Position numbers and translations under genes: made by a program. The notes beneath the pieces were generated by a model that saw nothing but the letters and a program-made list of their open reading frames with translations, had not been told where the DNA came from and made no database searches. From a virus (lineage: Duplodnaviria > Caudoviricetes), in the IMG/VR virus record IMGVR_UViG_3300037139_000049, positions 1 to 54,241 of that record: a stretch of DNA of 54,241 bases; one strand, given 5' to 3'. Position 1 is the stretch's first letter. The number at the start of each line of letters is the position of its first letter. Positions 17,038 through 27,260 of the stretch are shown here, piece after piece.

Positions 17038-18288
17038 ATGGCATCTCTAACACCAGCCGCATCGGTATGGGTCGTGGCCACCCGCGTCACGTCCCTAACT
17101 GCAGAAGGCGAACCGGCGCCGGGTAACGCGATGTACGTCACCGAACAGCTCATGAAGCTGACGGCCGCCCCAGCGGTGGAGACCGGCGACGAAGTCAAGA
17201 TCAAGAACGCCTCGGGCAACCTCTCGGTGTACGCCAAGCACGGCGACATGCCGACGTGGGGCAAACTGACCTTCGACCTCGTGGAGCCCGACGCGAACCT
17301 TGAGGCGCTGCTGACGGGCGGCACGCTGCTCGGCTCCTCTGCTGCTGCGCTGGGGGAACCGTCCGCGGCCACAACGCTCAACCAGGAAAAAGGCGGCGAA
17401 CTCGCCAAAGCCTTCTATGGCTACCGCATCGCGAACTACAACAGCTTCGGAGAATCGAAAGCCACCGTCGAAGTGGCGGCCGAAGCGAAAAACGCGGTGG
17501 CGGAAAACACGATGGTCGTCATTCCAGCCACGGGCACCTTCACTGCGGGCACACTTGGTCTCAGGGTCTTCGGACGTACCGGGGGCGTGCAGCAGTACAT
17601 CGGCACGATCCCGAACATTGGCAAACAGAAATTGTCCGTTGCCATAGCGGCCAAAGAAGCGAAAAACAAAACGGTCATCCCGATCACTGTCACGGCCCTC
17701 ACGGAATCGATCCCGAAGGGCACGATCCTGATGGTCAAAGGTGACACGTCCGCGCCAAAGGCTCTGCTCAAGACGACGATCTTCGGAGCGAAGGGTGCGA
17801 CGGTCCTGGAAGTCGAAAACATCGCGGTGGAAAACTCGGCCAAAATCGAACCGGAAGAATTCATCCCCGTGTTCGTGGACACCGGGGCGATCACGCCTAG
17901 CGGTGGTATCCCGACGGTTGACCAAACAGCGGGTCCGGGCGAAAACATCGGTGTCAACGCTCCCGAACTTGGCCAGGTCGGCAACGAAAACGGCGTGTCG
18001 ATCGAGTGCTTCACCAAGGCCATATCCAAAGGCGTGCAGACGCTGACCCAGCCGTTCTACCACTGGATCTTCCCGCGCTGCACGAACTTCCACATCGCCA
18101 CAAGGGATCTGACGAACGCGAACGCTGCGACGACGATCGAAGGCGAGGCGTTCAATAACCTGAACTGGGGTTCGGGACCCGCAGGGGACTGGCCGTTCGC
18201 CTCGACGAAATGGTACGGGCGCGCTCGCTGCTCGCGCAACATCGTGCCGACGATCGAAGAGGGCGTCAACCAGCAAGCCAAGCTGTAG
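17038..18288 (+). CDS. Major tail protein with inserted surface (FN3/Ig-like) domains
   Basis: RVTSL..., ETGDE..IKNASG.L.V N-terminus; YHWIFP, NLNWG.GP C-terminus; AAGGAG SD. Confidence 0.8.
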   Translation: MASLTPAASVWVVATRVTSLTAEGEPAPGNAMYVTEQLMKLTAAPAVETGDEVKIKNASGNLSVYAKHGDMPTWGKLTFDLVEPDANLEALLTGGTLLGSSAAALGEPSAATTLNQEKGGELAKAFYGYRIANYNSFGESKATVEVAAEAKNAVAENTMVVIPATGTFTAGTLGLRVFGRTGGVQQYIGTIPNIGKQKLSVAIAAKEAKNKTVIPITVTALTESIPKGTILMVKGDTSAPKALLKTTIFGAKGATVLEVENIAVENSAKIEPEEFIPVFVDTGAITPSGGIPTVDQTAGPGENIGVNAPELGQVGNENGVSIECFTKAISKGVQTLTQPFYHWIFPRCTNFHIATRDLTNANAATTIEGEAFNNLNWGSGPAGDWPFASTKWYGRARCSRNIVPTIEEGVNQQAKL

Positions 18289-19176
18289 GTGATGGCAACT
18301 CCCCGCTCGGGCGCTTGCTCACCCTGGCTCGACTCGGCCACCGTCGAAGGGCTGGCGAAGGTCAAGGAAGTCGGGGCGAAGCGGATCGCCGAATCGAAGA
18401 TCACGCAGGAGCAACTCGAAGCCCTCTGTGCGGAAGCGGCCACCGCGGCCAGTGATGTGCTGTACGAGCTCTCGGGCAAAACCTTCACGGGGAACTGCGG
18501 CCCGGTGACGGTACGACCTGTCTCAAGGCCGACAGACGTCGATACGCGGGCGTGGGGGGCGACGCTGTCGACAGTGGGCTGGGTTGCCTCCCAGGGCTTC
18601 GCGTCGGCTTACGGCAGCTTCAACCCTGGCGTGGTGGCCCATTACGGATCGCTCGAGCCGCCGACGATCATCCTGCCCTACCCGGTGACGAAGATCGAAC
18701 AGGTCAAGATCGACGGCATCGAAATCCCCGAAACGGAATACGAACTGCGCGATTTCCGCTCGCTGGTGAGGATTCGCCCGACGGGCTCGACGGTGCCCAA
18801 AGCCCGCTACGGCTGGCCGACATCGCAGATCATGGACCTGCCGGATACCGAACCGGGCACGTTCAGCGTGACCTACCTGTTCGGCAATCCCCCGTCGGCC
18901 GCTGGCATCCTCGCCGCCAAGAAGCTCGCGGAAGTCTATGCGCTCGGGGAGATGATGGGCGACGGCTATCCGAAACGGATCACGTCGATGACCCGCCAGG
19001 GTGTCTCGGCGATGATTACGGACGTGATGGATCTCGTGATGAAGGGCGGCGCAGGCATCTACGAGGTCGAGCTTTTCCTGAACGCTTATAATCCGCACCG
19101 CCTGCAGCGACAGTCGATGGTGTGGAGCCCCGACCTCGGTCGTCCCGGTCGCCGAACGGCTACCCCGAGCACGTAG
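18289..19176 (+). CDS. Head-to-tail adaptor protein
   Basis: ASDVLYELSGKTF.G.C...VRP, VKIDG, WP..Q, TFSVTY..G, P.RITS.TRQGVS, GI.EV..FL...NP. Confidence 0.8.
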   Translation: MMATPRSGACSPWLDSATVEGLAKVKEVGAKRIAESKITQEQLEALCAEAATAASDVLYELSGKTFTGNCGPVTVRPVSRPTDVDTRAWGATLSTVGWVASQGFASAYGSFNPGVVAHYGSLEPPTIILPYPVTKIEQVKIDGIEIPETEYELRDFRSLVRIRPTGSTVPKARYGWPTSQIMDLPDTEPGTFSVTYLFGNPPSAAGILAAKKLAEVYALGEMMGDGYPKRITSMTRQGVSAMITDVMDLVMKGGAGIYEVELFLNAYNPHRLQRQSMVWSPDLGRPGRRTATPST

Positions 19177-19190
19177 GGTAGACTGAGCTC

Positions 19191-19613
19191 ATGTTCGATC
19201 GTCTAGCCAGAGCAGGAGCCACGCCGAAGGAGCTGGCCCAGCTGGAAGCCGAGCAGGCCGAGCGCGCGCTGACCGAGCAGGATGGTTGGCTCGCACGCTT
19301 TGAGCAGATGGCCCACGGGGATCTGGTCGAGTGGCTGGCGAAGATCCGCAAGGCCGGATACTTCAAGGCCAAGAAGGTCGACGATGACACGGAGAAGGTC
19401 CCCGACAAGGAGCACACCAAGGCCGAACTGATCGAGCAGGCCGAGGCTGCCGGGATCGAGGTCCCGAGCGATGCCACGAAGGCCGAGATTGCAGAGTTGC
19501 TTGAGAACCCACCGGAGACGACTGGCCAGGAGGACGAGGGCCAAGCCAGTCAGCAGGGCTCCACAGACGCGCCAGACGCCCCAGGAGCAGACGAGACGCC
19601 TGTAGAGCCGTAG
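19191..19613 (+). CDS. Hypothetical protein with HeH/LEM-like helical motif, own leaderless promoter
   Basis: TKAELIEQAEAAGIEVPSDATKAEIAELL; TAGACT-6nt-ATG. Confidence 0.65.
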   Translation: MFDRLARAGATPKELAQLEAEQAERALTEQDGWLARFEQMAHGDLVEWLAKIRKAGYFKAKKVDDDTEKVPDKEHTKAELIEQAEAAGIEVPSDATKAEIAELLENPPETTGQEDEGQASQQGSTDAPDAPGADETPVEP

Positions 19614-19619
19614 TCCCCC

Positions 19620-20117
19620 GTGCTGGCCTCAGAAGCGGCGCAGGCCCTTCTAAACGCCTTTGTCGCGGAGCTTGAGGCGGTCCCGGGCTTCCAGATGCCC
19701 GAGCGCCGCTATGTCGCACCGGGGCAGATCGCGGTTTGGGACTCAGAACAGCTCGTCGTCAATCTGCAGGAGCTTCCTCGCGGTCAGCCTGAGCAGCCTA
19801 CGAACGCCGCCGGTTGGCCGATTCCGACGGTGCTCAACGCCCGCTTCGCCCTGCAGATCGTGCGCTCGGTGCCGAGCCTTGAGAACGAGGGCATCTCCGA
19901 GTCGATGGTGCCCGACGAAACAGAGCTGAACACGGCGGGCGTCCAGTTCGTCAACGATGCGCAGCAACTATCGCTGGCGGGGCTGGCAGTTCAGGCCGCG
20001 TGGGCGACGAACAACATCGCCGGTCCCGGCCAGTTCGCGCTCGGGCCATGTATGCCGCTTGGTCCCGAGGGTGGATTCGCGGCCAATCAGCTTCTCGTCA
20101 CGGTGGCGCTGTCATGA
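19620..20117 (+). CDS. Putative head-tail connector/tail terminator
   Basis: Position; WD.EQLVV, IVR.VP, PLGPEGG motifs. Confidence 0.65.
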   Translation: MLASEAAQALLNAFVAELEAVPGFQMPERRYVAPGQIAVWDSEQLVVNLQELPRGQPEQPTNAAGWPIPTVLNARFALQIVRSVPSLENEGISESMVPDETELNTAGVQFVNDAQQLSLAGLAVQAAWATNNIAGPGQFALGPCMPLGPEGGFAANQLLVTVALS

Positions 20118-20539
20118 GCACAGTCAAGCTCGTGGTTGACGGAGCGCGTATGGCCGAGGTGCTGCGCGGCCCGGCGGGTCCCGTGACTAGGCACATACAG
20201 GAGCGCGCGTTCATCGTCCGGGAGGCCGCCCGTGCCAAAGCTCCGGTCAAGAGCGGCTGTTTGCGAAGCAGCATCGTGGTCCGCTACGAGGATCACGTCG
20301 GAGGAGTGGCCGCGCGCATCGTTGCGGATACAACGGCTTGCTCACCCGACCGCAAGAGCTACGCGCTGTTCGTACACAACGGAACCAAACCGCACGTCAT
20401 CCAGGGCAATCCAACGCTCGCGTTCTTCTGGCCGAACGGACCCGACGGAGCGGGCATGTACTACTTCGGCTCGGTCAATCATCCGGGCACTAAGGCCAAC
20501 CCATTCCTCGCCGACGCTTTGCCGTTGGCCGTCGTCTGA
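20114..20539 (+). CDS. HK97 gp10-like tail completion protein
   Basis: APVKSG.LR.SI, YALFVHNGTKPH.I, VNHPGTKANPFL. Confidence 0.8.
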   Translation: MSTVKLVVDGARMAEVLRGPAGPVTRHIQERAFIVREAARAKAPVKSGCLRSSIVVRYEDHVGGVAARIVADTTACSPDRKSYALFVHNGTKPHVIQGNPTLAFFWPNGPDGAGMYYFGSVNHPGTKANPFLADALPLAVV

Positions 20540-20549
20540 AAGGAGCAGC

Positions 20550-20999
20550 ATGAGACTAGATCCCATTGGAGTAGTCGACCACCCGGAGCAGATCGACCTA
20601 GAGCCGATCACCATCCCCGTCGTCGGCTACCGCATCAAGGACCGCAAGCCTGTCGAGGAGGAGTTCAACTTCCACGCCTCACGGCCGTGGGGGGTAGTGC
20701 TGGCCCTGTTCGAGTCGGAGACAGAAAAGGAGTTCGCCGAACGCACCATCGGCTGGCTCTCCTACTGCATGTTGAGCGACACCGAACGCGAGCGCTGGAA
20801 GGCGTTCCTGATGCGCGAGGACATCGCCATCGCACAGTCCACCGTGGAGGAGGTCTATAAGGCGCTGGCGGAGACCTACGCTGGCCGCCCTACCCTGCCG
20901 CTTTCCGACTCTTCTGGTGGTGGAAAGCGAACGAAGCAGACATCTCGGGCCGGCTCACGCGCGAGGGCTGCGGCCTCCAACGGCTCCGGCCAGTCATAG
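20550..20999 (+). CDS. Tail assembly chaperone (G-like)
   Basis: AAGGAG SD; upstream of the tape measure; ends GRPT..S.SS.G. Confidence 0.75.
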   Translation: MRLDPIGVVDHPEQIDLEPITIPVVGYRIKDRKPVEEEFNFHASRPWGVVLALFESETEKEFAERTIGWLSYCMLSDTERERWKAFLMREDIAIAQSTVEEVYKALAETYAGRPTLPLSDSSGGGKRTKQTSRAGSRARAAASNGSGQS

Positions 21000-21211
21000 C
21001 TCTGGACGTCCTCTACAGCCTCCTGCTCGATGACCGCCTCGGCCCCGAAGAATCCCGCTACAGGGCGTCCTCGCGCTTGGACGAAGACCTGCTGTGCCCG
21101 CTCGAGGAGAAGGCGGCCGAGGAGTACAGGCGCGAGCGCTGGGGCCTTGAAGATGAGGCGGTCGCGGCATCAGAGAACGTCGACGAGCTATTTCCGGAGT
21201 CGGTGGAGTAG
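20888..21211 (+). CDS. -1 frameshift extension of the tail assembly chaperone (GT-like)
   Basis: CGC-CCT-AC slip site; the -1 frame reads PYPAAFRLFWWWKANEADISGRL...ALDVLYSLL...ESVE* and ends right before the TMP ATG. Confidence 0.7.
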   Translation, partial: PYPAAFRLFWWWKANEADISGRLTREGCGLQRLRPVIALDVLYSLLLDDRLGPEESRYRASSRLDEDLLCPLEEKAAEEYRRERWGLEDEAVAASENVDELFPESVE

Positions 21212-24200
21212 ATGACGGTCGTCGGCACAGCAGAGATCCTGATTGTTCCCGAGACGGCTGGCTTCGCTGCCGCGCTCGAGGGCGAGTCTGCCGCGGGCTT
21301 TGGCAAGGTCAAGTCAGACGCCGAGACGGCAGGCAAGGACGCAGGAGCGAATCTCCGCACGGGCGTCAAGGATGGCACCAAAGGGCTTGAGTCGGACATG
21401 GGCAACGTCGGCAGCGTGGCCGGCGGGAACCTTCGCAAGGGCGTCAAGGATGAGACGGGCAAGCTCGGCTCGGACCTAGAGAAAGACGGGAAAGCTGGCG
21501 GCGAGGGCCTAACGAAAGGCATGTCGGGCGGGCTCGGGAAACTGGCGAACCTGATCTCCAACACGGGCCTGCCGCTCGGAGGATTGAGCTCGGGCCTTGA
21601 GAAGTCGGCAGGGGCCGCTGAGCACGCCGACAAGAGCACCGGGAGCTTTGTGGGGTCGCTCGGGAGTGCCGCCGGCCCGCTCGCTGCGGTGGGCGTTGGG
21701 TTGCTCGCAGGCGGCGGTTACGCAGTCCACCTGGCCGAGGGGATGGAAACGGCCGAGGCGTCCATCGCGGGCGCCGCGGGCACGTCTGTCACCGCGGCTG
21801 ACAAGATCGGTAACGCCCTGCTCGACACGGCTGGCAAGTCCGAGTTCAGCGGCACGGAAATGGCGAAGGCGTATGCGGAAGTCGCCGGCCAACTGAAGGC
21901 GACGGAGGGCCATGCGCTCAGTGCGGGCGAGGCGACGGGGGTTATGACGGCGGCCTCCAATCTCGCAGAGGCAAAGCAGATCGGGCTCGGCGAAGCGACA
22001 TCGACCGTGGCTAAGACGATGCAGGCGTTCCAACTGCCCACGACCCAAGCGGCACATGTCACCGATGTGCTGTTCAACGCATCCAACGCAACCGGGCAGT
22101 CCGTTGAAGGGCTCGCCACGCAGCTCACCAAAGTCAAGTCGAAGCTCGGGGAAATGGCCCCGTCCGTCGGCCAGCTCTCGGGGCTCTTGGTGGACATGAC
22201 CGACCACGGTGTCACTGGCCGTGCGGCGATGACCGGGCTGAACACGGGGCTGAACACGCTGCTCAAAGGCGCAGACGGTGTGACGACGGCCGTCAAGTCG
22301 CAGAACACCGCCTATGAGTCGATGACGCCGCAGCTGAAACACCTTGCCGACGAATACAAAAGCGGCGCGATCTCTGCCACGGCCTTCAAGAAAGAGGCGG
22401 GCGAACTGGCCCCGGCGCAGGCGGGCCTCGCCGAATCGTTCGCTAAGGGCGCGACCGCCGTGCAGACCGCGCAGCTCAAGCAGAAAGAACTCGGCGTCAC
22501 CGTCTTTGACTCGGCCGGCAAGTTCGTCGGCATGGGCTCCGTGATCGACCAGCTCTACCCGAAGTTCCAGAAGATGTCCCAACAGCAGCAGCTCACTACG
22601 GCTTCGACGCTCTTTGGTGCGGGCGCCGCGCGGCAGATGATGACGGTCATCGACGCTGGCCCCGCCGCCTACAACAAAGCCACAGCCTCGGTCGAAAGGC
22701 ACGGCGCCGCTGAGTCGGCCGCTAAGAAGCAGTCGGAAACCCTGCACGGTGAGCTGAAAACGCTTGAGGCCACGCTGGTCGATCTCGGCACGAAGATCGG
22801 CGTTGTGCTCATCCCGGTCGTGACGACGTTCGCGGGTGTGCTGCTGAAAATCATCCCCACGGTTGGGGCAGTGGTGGACTTCATCAAATCCCACTGGGTG
22901 CTCGTCGGCACGATTCTACTCGGGCCGATAGTCCCCACCATCGCCGCCTTCACCGTCTGGAAATCGAAACTCGAAAGCATCTTCACCGAGATCGTGAGCT
23001 GGATCAAGAACGCTTGGCATACCGTCGAAACAGACACGAGCCATCTAGTCGGCAGCATCGTCAGCTTCTTCACCAGCCTGCCGGGGAAAGTGATCTCGCC
23101 CCTCAAGGCCATCCCCGGCGACATCGTGCAGCTATGGGACAAAGTGGAAGGTGGTGTCTCAACGCTGATGACCAACATCGGCAAGTTCTTCTCAGAACTG
23201 CCGAGCCACATCATCGGCGATCTGAAAGCGCTACCGGGCGACATGCTCCACCTGGGAGAAGAACTTGGGGAAGAGCTGGTCAAGGGAGTCGAAAAGTTCG
23301 CAGAAAAGATCGAGCACGCTATCACGAACCCCGTCGAAGAAGCGGTCAAGGCGATCGAATCGCTCAACCCGTTCGGCGGTGGCGGTGGGAGCAGCCCGAC
23401 AACAGGCGGCGCCACGGCCGGTGTCACGGGCACCACGCAGGCCACCGGCACCAGCGCGGGGATGGTAAAGGCCCTAGAAGCCTCCGGCCTCTCTGCCAAC
23501 GCCGCACAGGGGATTGTCGCCGCCTACGGGGCCGAAGGCGGGACGAACACAGCAGAAGATCCGAAAGAAGGCGCGTATGGGAAAGCCCAGTGGGTCGGCT
23601 CCCGGAAGACGGCGCTCGGGCAGTTCGCAGCCTCCAAACACGAACCGATCTCATCCGAAAAGGCGCAGCTGGAATTCACCGCCAAGGAGATCAAGGAACG
23701 CGGGGAAACGGGCGAGCTGAACAAGGCCAAGTCGCCGAAGGAAGCCGCGGACCTGTTCATCAAAAGCTTCGAGCATCCAGCATCACCAGCGACCGTAGAA
23801 GGGCGTGTGAACGCATCGAGTCGCCCGGCCGCCGCAAAGCATACGGAAGCGACCACGAAGAACACCGCCGCTGTCGAACACAACACGGCTGCACACACCA
23901 AAGCCAAAGGCACGAAAGCCGAAGCGAGCCTCCCCGGTGGGGTGACAACGGCCGGTGAAGCCACCACGTCCACGGGTGCGGTCACGAAGGCCGGGGTTGC
24001 AAAGGAGGTGGCCCAGCAGAAGCAGGCACTCGCCGACTGGGTAGCCAAGATGCAGGCCGAGGCGAAGAACGGCAGCAAGGATCAGAAAGCCGCCATCGCC
24101 CAGGAGATCGCCGACCGCAAGGCTTACATAGCACGGCTGATCGCCGACGAGAAGGCCGGGCTCACCGTGACGCAGGCCGCTCAGAAAGAGAAGGCCAAGG

Positions 24201-25033
24201 CCGAAGTGGCACTCAAGTCCTCCGGTGAAAAGGAACTCACGAAGCTCCAGGGCGCGCTCACGTCGGGAAGTCTTGCCACGTTGAACAAGACACTGACGGC
24301 CACGCATGAGCGGGCGCTCGCGGCCATCGAGGGCAAGCTGGTAGGCACGCACAAGGCCGCTCTCGAAAAGCTCGACGCGGAGCTCGGCAAGACGTGGAAA
24401 GAGGCCGAGGCCAAGAAAGCCTCAGACGAACGCACGGAACGCGCGACGGCCGAGGCTGATGCTGCCACCGCCAACCGTGAAGCCTACGAAGCCAAAGAAG
24501 CGGCCGATCAGAAGATCCGCGAAGAATACATCTCGCTTGAGGCGGCGCAGATCACCAAGAACACCACCCTCGCCACCGACCAGTCCGATGCCGTTGTGCA
24601 GGGGATTCAGGACTCGACGAAGGTCGCCCTGGACAAGCAGGCCGAGGTCGGACTCACGGGCACCGCTGAGATCGCCGCGCGCCTGCAAACCGTGCTCGAT
24701 GAAGTCACAGGCGAACAGAACCAGGCAGTAGACGCGGCGAAGCTCGCGGCGGACAACGCCCAGGGTACGGGAGCCATCTCCGAAGCCCAGGCGGCGGCGC
24801 ACTTGGCTGAAGTCGAATCGAACGCCAAGCGTCTCGAGGCTGAAGCGCAGGCGAAGGAGGAAATCGCCAAAGGCACAGTGTCCACGGCCGCAGGAGCGAC
24901 CCCTGGCCCCAGTATCACCCTGAATCTCTACGGCAACGCGAACATGACCTCAACAGAGTGGATGACCGAGGTCGGCTGGACGCTCAAGACCGGTGAACTG
25001 CCAGCCCCGACACCTACGGCGCTGCCTGCCTGA
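21212..25033 (+). CDS. Tape measure protein with phage tail lysozyme-like domain
   Basis: 1273 aa Ala/Gly-rich; TMP motif GVTVFDSAGKFVGM; lysozyme-like GLS.NAA.GI....AE...AYG.AQW.G.R..L. Confidence 0.9.
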   Translation: MTVVGTAEILIVPETAGFAAALEGESAAGFGKVKSDAETAGKDAGANLRTGVKDGTKGLESDMGNVGSVAGGNLRKGVKDETGKLGSDLEKDGKAGGEGLTKGMSGGLGKLANLISNTGLPLGGLSSGLEKSAGAAEHADKSTGSFVGSLGSAAGPLAAVGVGLLAGGGYAVHLAEGMETAEASIAGAAGTSVTAADKIGNALLDTAGKSEFSGTEMAKAYAEVAGQLKATEGHALSAGEATGVMTAASNLAEAKQIGLGEATSTVAKTMQAFQLPTTQAAHVTDVLFNASNATGQSVEGLATQLTKVKSKLGEMAPSVGQLSGLLVDMTDHGVTGRAAMTGLNTGLNTLLKGADGVTTAVKSQNTAYESMTPQLKHLADEYKSGAISATAFKKEAGELAPAQAGLAESFAKGATAVQTAQLKQKELGVTVFDSAGKFVGMGSVIDQLYPKFQKMSQQQQLTTASTLFGAGAARQMMTVIDAGPAAYNKATASVERHGAAESAAKKQSETLHGELKTLEATLVDLGTKIGVVLIPVVTTFAGVLLKIIPTVGAVVDFIKSHWVLVGTILLGPIVPTIAAFTVWKSKLESIFTEIVSWIKNAWHTVETDTSHLVGSIVSFFTSLPGKVISPLKAIPGDIVQLWDKVEGGVSTLMTNIGKFFSELPSHIIGDLKALPGDMLHLGEELGEELVKGVEKFAEKIEHAITNPVEEAVKAIESLNPFGGGGGSSPTTGGATAGVTGTTQATGTSAGMVKALEASGLSANAAQGIVAAYGAEGGTNTAEDPKEGAYGKAQWVGSRKTALGQFAASKHEPISSEKAQLEFTAKEIKERGETGELNKAKSPKEAADLFIKSFEHPASPATVEGRVNASSRPAAAKHTEATTKNTAAVEHNTAAHTKAKGTKAEASLPGGVTTAGEATTSTGAVTKAGVAKEVAQQKQALADWVAKMQAEAKNGSKDQKAAIAQEIADRKAYIARLIADEKAGLTVTQAAQKEKAKAEVALKSSGEKELTKLQGALTSGSLATLNKTLTATHERALAAIEGKLVGTHKAALEKLDAELGKTWKEAEAKKASDERTERATAEADAATANREAYEAKEAADQKIREEYISLEAAQITKNTTLATDQSDAVVQGIQDSTKVALDKQAEVGLTGTAEIAARLQTVLDEVTGEQNQAVDAAKLAADNAQGTGAISEAQAAAHLAEVESNAKRLEAEAQAKEEIAKGTVSTAAGATPGPSITLNLYGNANMTSTEWMTEVGWTLKTGELPAPTPTALPA

Positions 25034-25995
25034 TGCCCTTCCCGAGCCCCAGTGCCTTCACACCGTCCCTCTCGCTGTATCAGATGAGCTACCGCGGCGT
25101 GGAATTCGGCGGGATCGCAAAAGGCACAAACCAGGCGCTCATCAAGCTCACCAAAGGCCGCGAGCCGCCACCCGTCGTTTCTGGTGATGTGCAGCGCGCG
25201 CTCGATCAGGGCGAGTTTGCAGGGCTCGATCTGCTACCCGGCAAAGACGTGGAATTGGAACAGGTCATCATGAGCTCGACGGAAGGTGGGCTGGACCTAC
25301 AGCTCCAGCAACTAGCGAGCGTGCTGAGCCTCGGCCAGGTTGAGGTGCCGCTCTACCTCAAACTGCCCTCGGGCACCTACGCCTGTATGGCGAAGCCCCG
25401 CAAGCACGCGCCCGTAACGGCAGGGGTGGACGTGACAACGATCGTAGGACGCCCTCACGCAGGGCTATGGGCCACGCTGCTGCACTGCACCGACCCGCGC
25501 TGGTACGCCGTGCCGACGAAAACCATGACCGTTGGCCTACCCACCCCCGCCGGTGGGTTGGAATTCCCTGTTGCCTTCAACGCCTCGTTCGGCGGCGGCG
25601 GGACAGGGAGCCTCCTGGAACTCTCCAACCTCGGCAACTTCGAGATGCGCCCGGTGCTGATCATCAAAGGGCCATGCACGAATCCGGTCGTCACGAACCT
25701 CTCGCTTCCGGGCGAACCCTATGTCGGGTTCAACATCACCTTGGCGGAAGGCGACGTGCTGGAAGTCAAGATGGACTTCGAGAGCGTGCTTTACACGCCG
25801 TCCGGGTCACCCGGTGGGTCATCGCGGCGCAGTACGCTCATGCCCGGCTCGACGTGGTGGAACTTGCCGACCGTGAGCGAAGTTGAGGAACATGCCGCAG
25901 AAGGCGCCAACAAGATTCGGTTCACGAGCAGCGACGGCATCGCGGTCGCGGGCACGCTGACCATCAACTACGCAAGCGCCTACTCGGGAATATGA
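25033..25995 (+). CDS. Distal tail (Dit-like) minor tail protein
   Basis: Follows the TMP; CTDPRWY, N.GN...PV..I.GP..NP. Confidence 0.75.
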   Translation: MPFPSPSAFTPSLSLYQMSYRGVEFGGIAKGTNQALIKLTKGREPPPVVSGDVQRALDQGEFAGLDLLPGKDVELEQVIMSSTEGGLDLQLQQLASVLSLGQVEVPLYLKLPSGTYACMAKPRKHAPVTAGVDVTTIVGRPHAGLWATLLHCTDPRWYAVPTKTMTVGLPTPAGGLEFPVAFNASFGGGGTGSLLELSNLGNFEMRPVLIIKGPCTNPVVTNLSLPGEPYVGFNITLAEGDVLEVKMDFESVLYTPSGSPGGSSRRSTLMPGSTWWNLPTVSEVEEHAAEGANKIRFTSSDGIAVAGTLTINYASAYSGI

Positions 25996-27260
25996 CTCCT
26001 ACCACCCACCAGAATCCCTTCACGTATCTCGCCTATGACGCGATGACGATGGCCGAGCTCGACCCGCTGCCCTACACCGGGCCAGTACCATTTTCACGCC
26101 AGGTCAACGCTGCGGGATCGTGGGGTGGCGCGCTGCCAATCGAGGCTCCCGAACTTGAGGTGTCGAACTTCCTCGGCTCATCGAATACGGGGCGCACGCT
26201 GCTATTCGTGGACTACGCGGGAATCCTCGTGTGGGGCGGGATGCTGTGGACTCGGCGGTATAAGAAATCAGAACGTAAGCTGGTCATCGGGGCCTCGGAG
26301 ATGCACTCCTACTGGGGCCAGCGGTTGCAGGCCAAGGACTATTCGACCTACTGGGAACCGAGCGGCGTGGCTGGCGAAACGAGCCCGCTTGAAATCGTCA
26401 AAAAGCTCGTCGAAGATGCGAAGGAACGCGAACACAAACTGATCGAAGAAGCTACCGGCACGGGCCGCTATATCGCGGGCGGCATCACCGTTCAAACCAA
26501 CTACTCCGAAGCCTACACAGCAGCCCCACCGATCAGTGTCAGCTACCCCTCGACGCAGTTGCAGACGATCGATTCGATCATGCAGACGCTCTCGCAGATG
26601 GGCTACGGGGCGGGCTACGACTACTCCTACGACGCCTCCTACAAACCGGGCACCAAAGAACCTGAAATCACCCTGAACCTGTGGTTCCCGCGCATGGGCC
26701 GGCGGGCAGCGCAGTCGGGCATCGTGATCCTCGACAAGAACTGCATCGACTCGGAATACCCGGAGGACTCAACCCAGCAGGCCGACTCGATCCACGTCAC
26801 GGGCTCAGGCTCGGGTGGCATCCAGCCGGACGAAGCGACCGCAGATAACGTCTTGCAGGCTGGCTACCCGTTGCTCGAGGCAATGGTGTCTCACACGCAG
26901 ATCAACAATCAGTCTGTGCTCGCCGATGTGTCGCTCGGGGAACTGGCGATGAGGGCATGGCCGGTTGTGACGCCCACGGTCGAACTGCCGATCCCGTTGC
27001 CAAACCCGGAAACCGGAGCGCTGAACCCGGACCTGCTGACGTTCGGCAGCTTCAACCTCGGCGACGATCTGATCTACCGTGTGGATCCGGTGGCCGCAGG
27101 CATGAACAGCGACCCGCGCTGGCCTAAAGGGCACGACTTCGAGTGGCGCATAAACTCGTGGACCGCTACCGTGAACGAAAAGGGCGTGCCCGTGCTGCTG
27201 CTTGACTTCGCGCTACCGCCGATCGAGGAAATCCCCGGTCCGATGCCTCCTCTCGAATAG
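25992..27260 (+). CDS. Minor tail/baseplate hub protein
   Basis: WGG.LW.R, AGYP.LE, F.LGD motifs; position. Confidence 0.75.
   Translation: MTPTTHQNPFTYLAYDAMTMAELDPLPYTGPVPFSRQVNAAGSWGGALPIEAPELEVSNFLGSSNTGRTLLFVDYAGILVWGGMLWTRRYKKSERKLVIGASEMHSYWGQRLQAKDYSTYWEPSGVAGETSPLEIVKKLVEDAKEREHKLIEEATGTGRYIAGGITVQTNYSEAYTAAPPISVSYPSTQLQTIDSIMQTLSQMGYGAGYDYSYDASYKPGTKEPEITLNLWFPRMGRRAAQSGIVILDKNCIDSEYPEDSTQQADSIHVTGSGSGGIQPDEATADNVLQAGYPLLEAMVSHTQINNQSVLADVSLGELAMRAWPVVTPTVELPIPLPNPETGALNPDLLTFGSFNLGDDLIYRVDPVAAGMNSDPRWPKGHDFEWRINSWTATVNEKGVPVLLLDFALPPIEEIPGPMPPLE

Noticed and set aside
21509-22894. Long antisense ORFs (also 17095-18276, 28674-29975, 35441-36382, 7245-7997)
   Set aside because: Shadow frames expected opposite high-GC coding genes; no motifs or RBS
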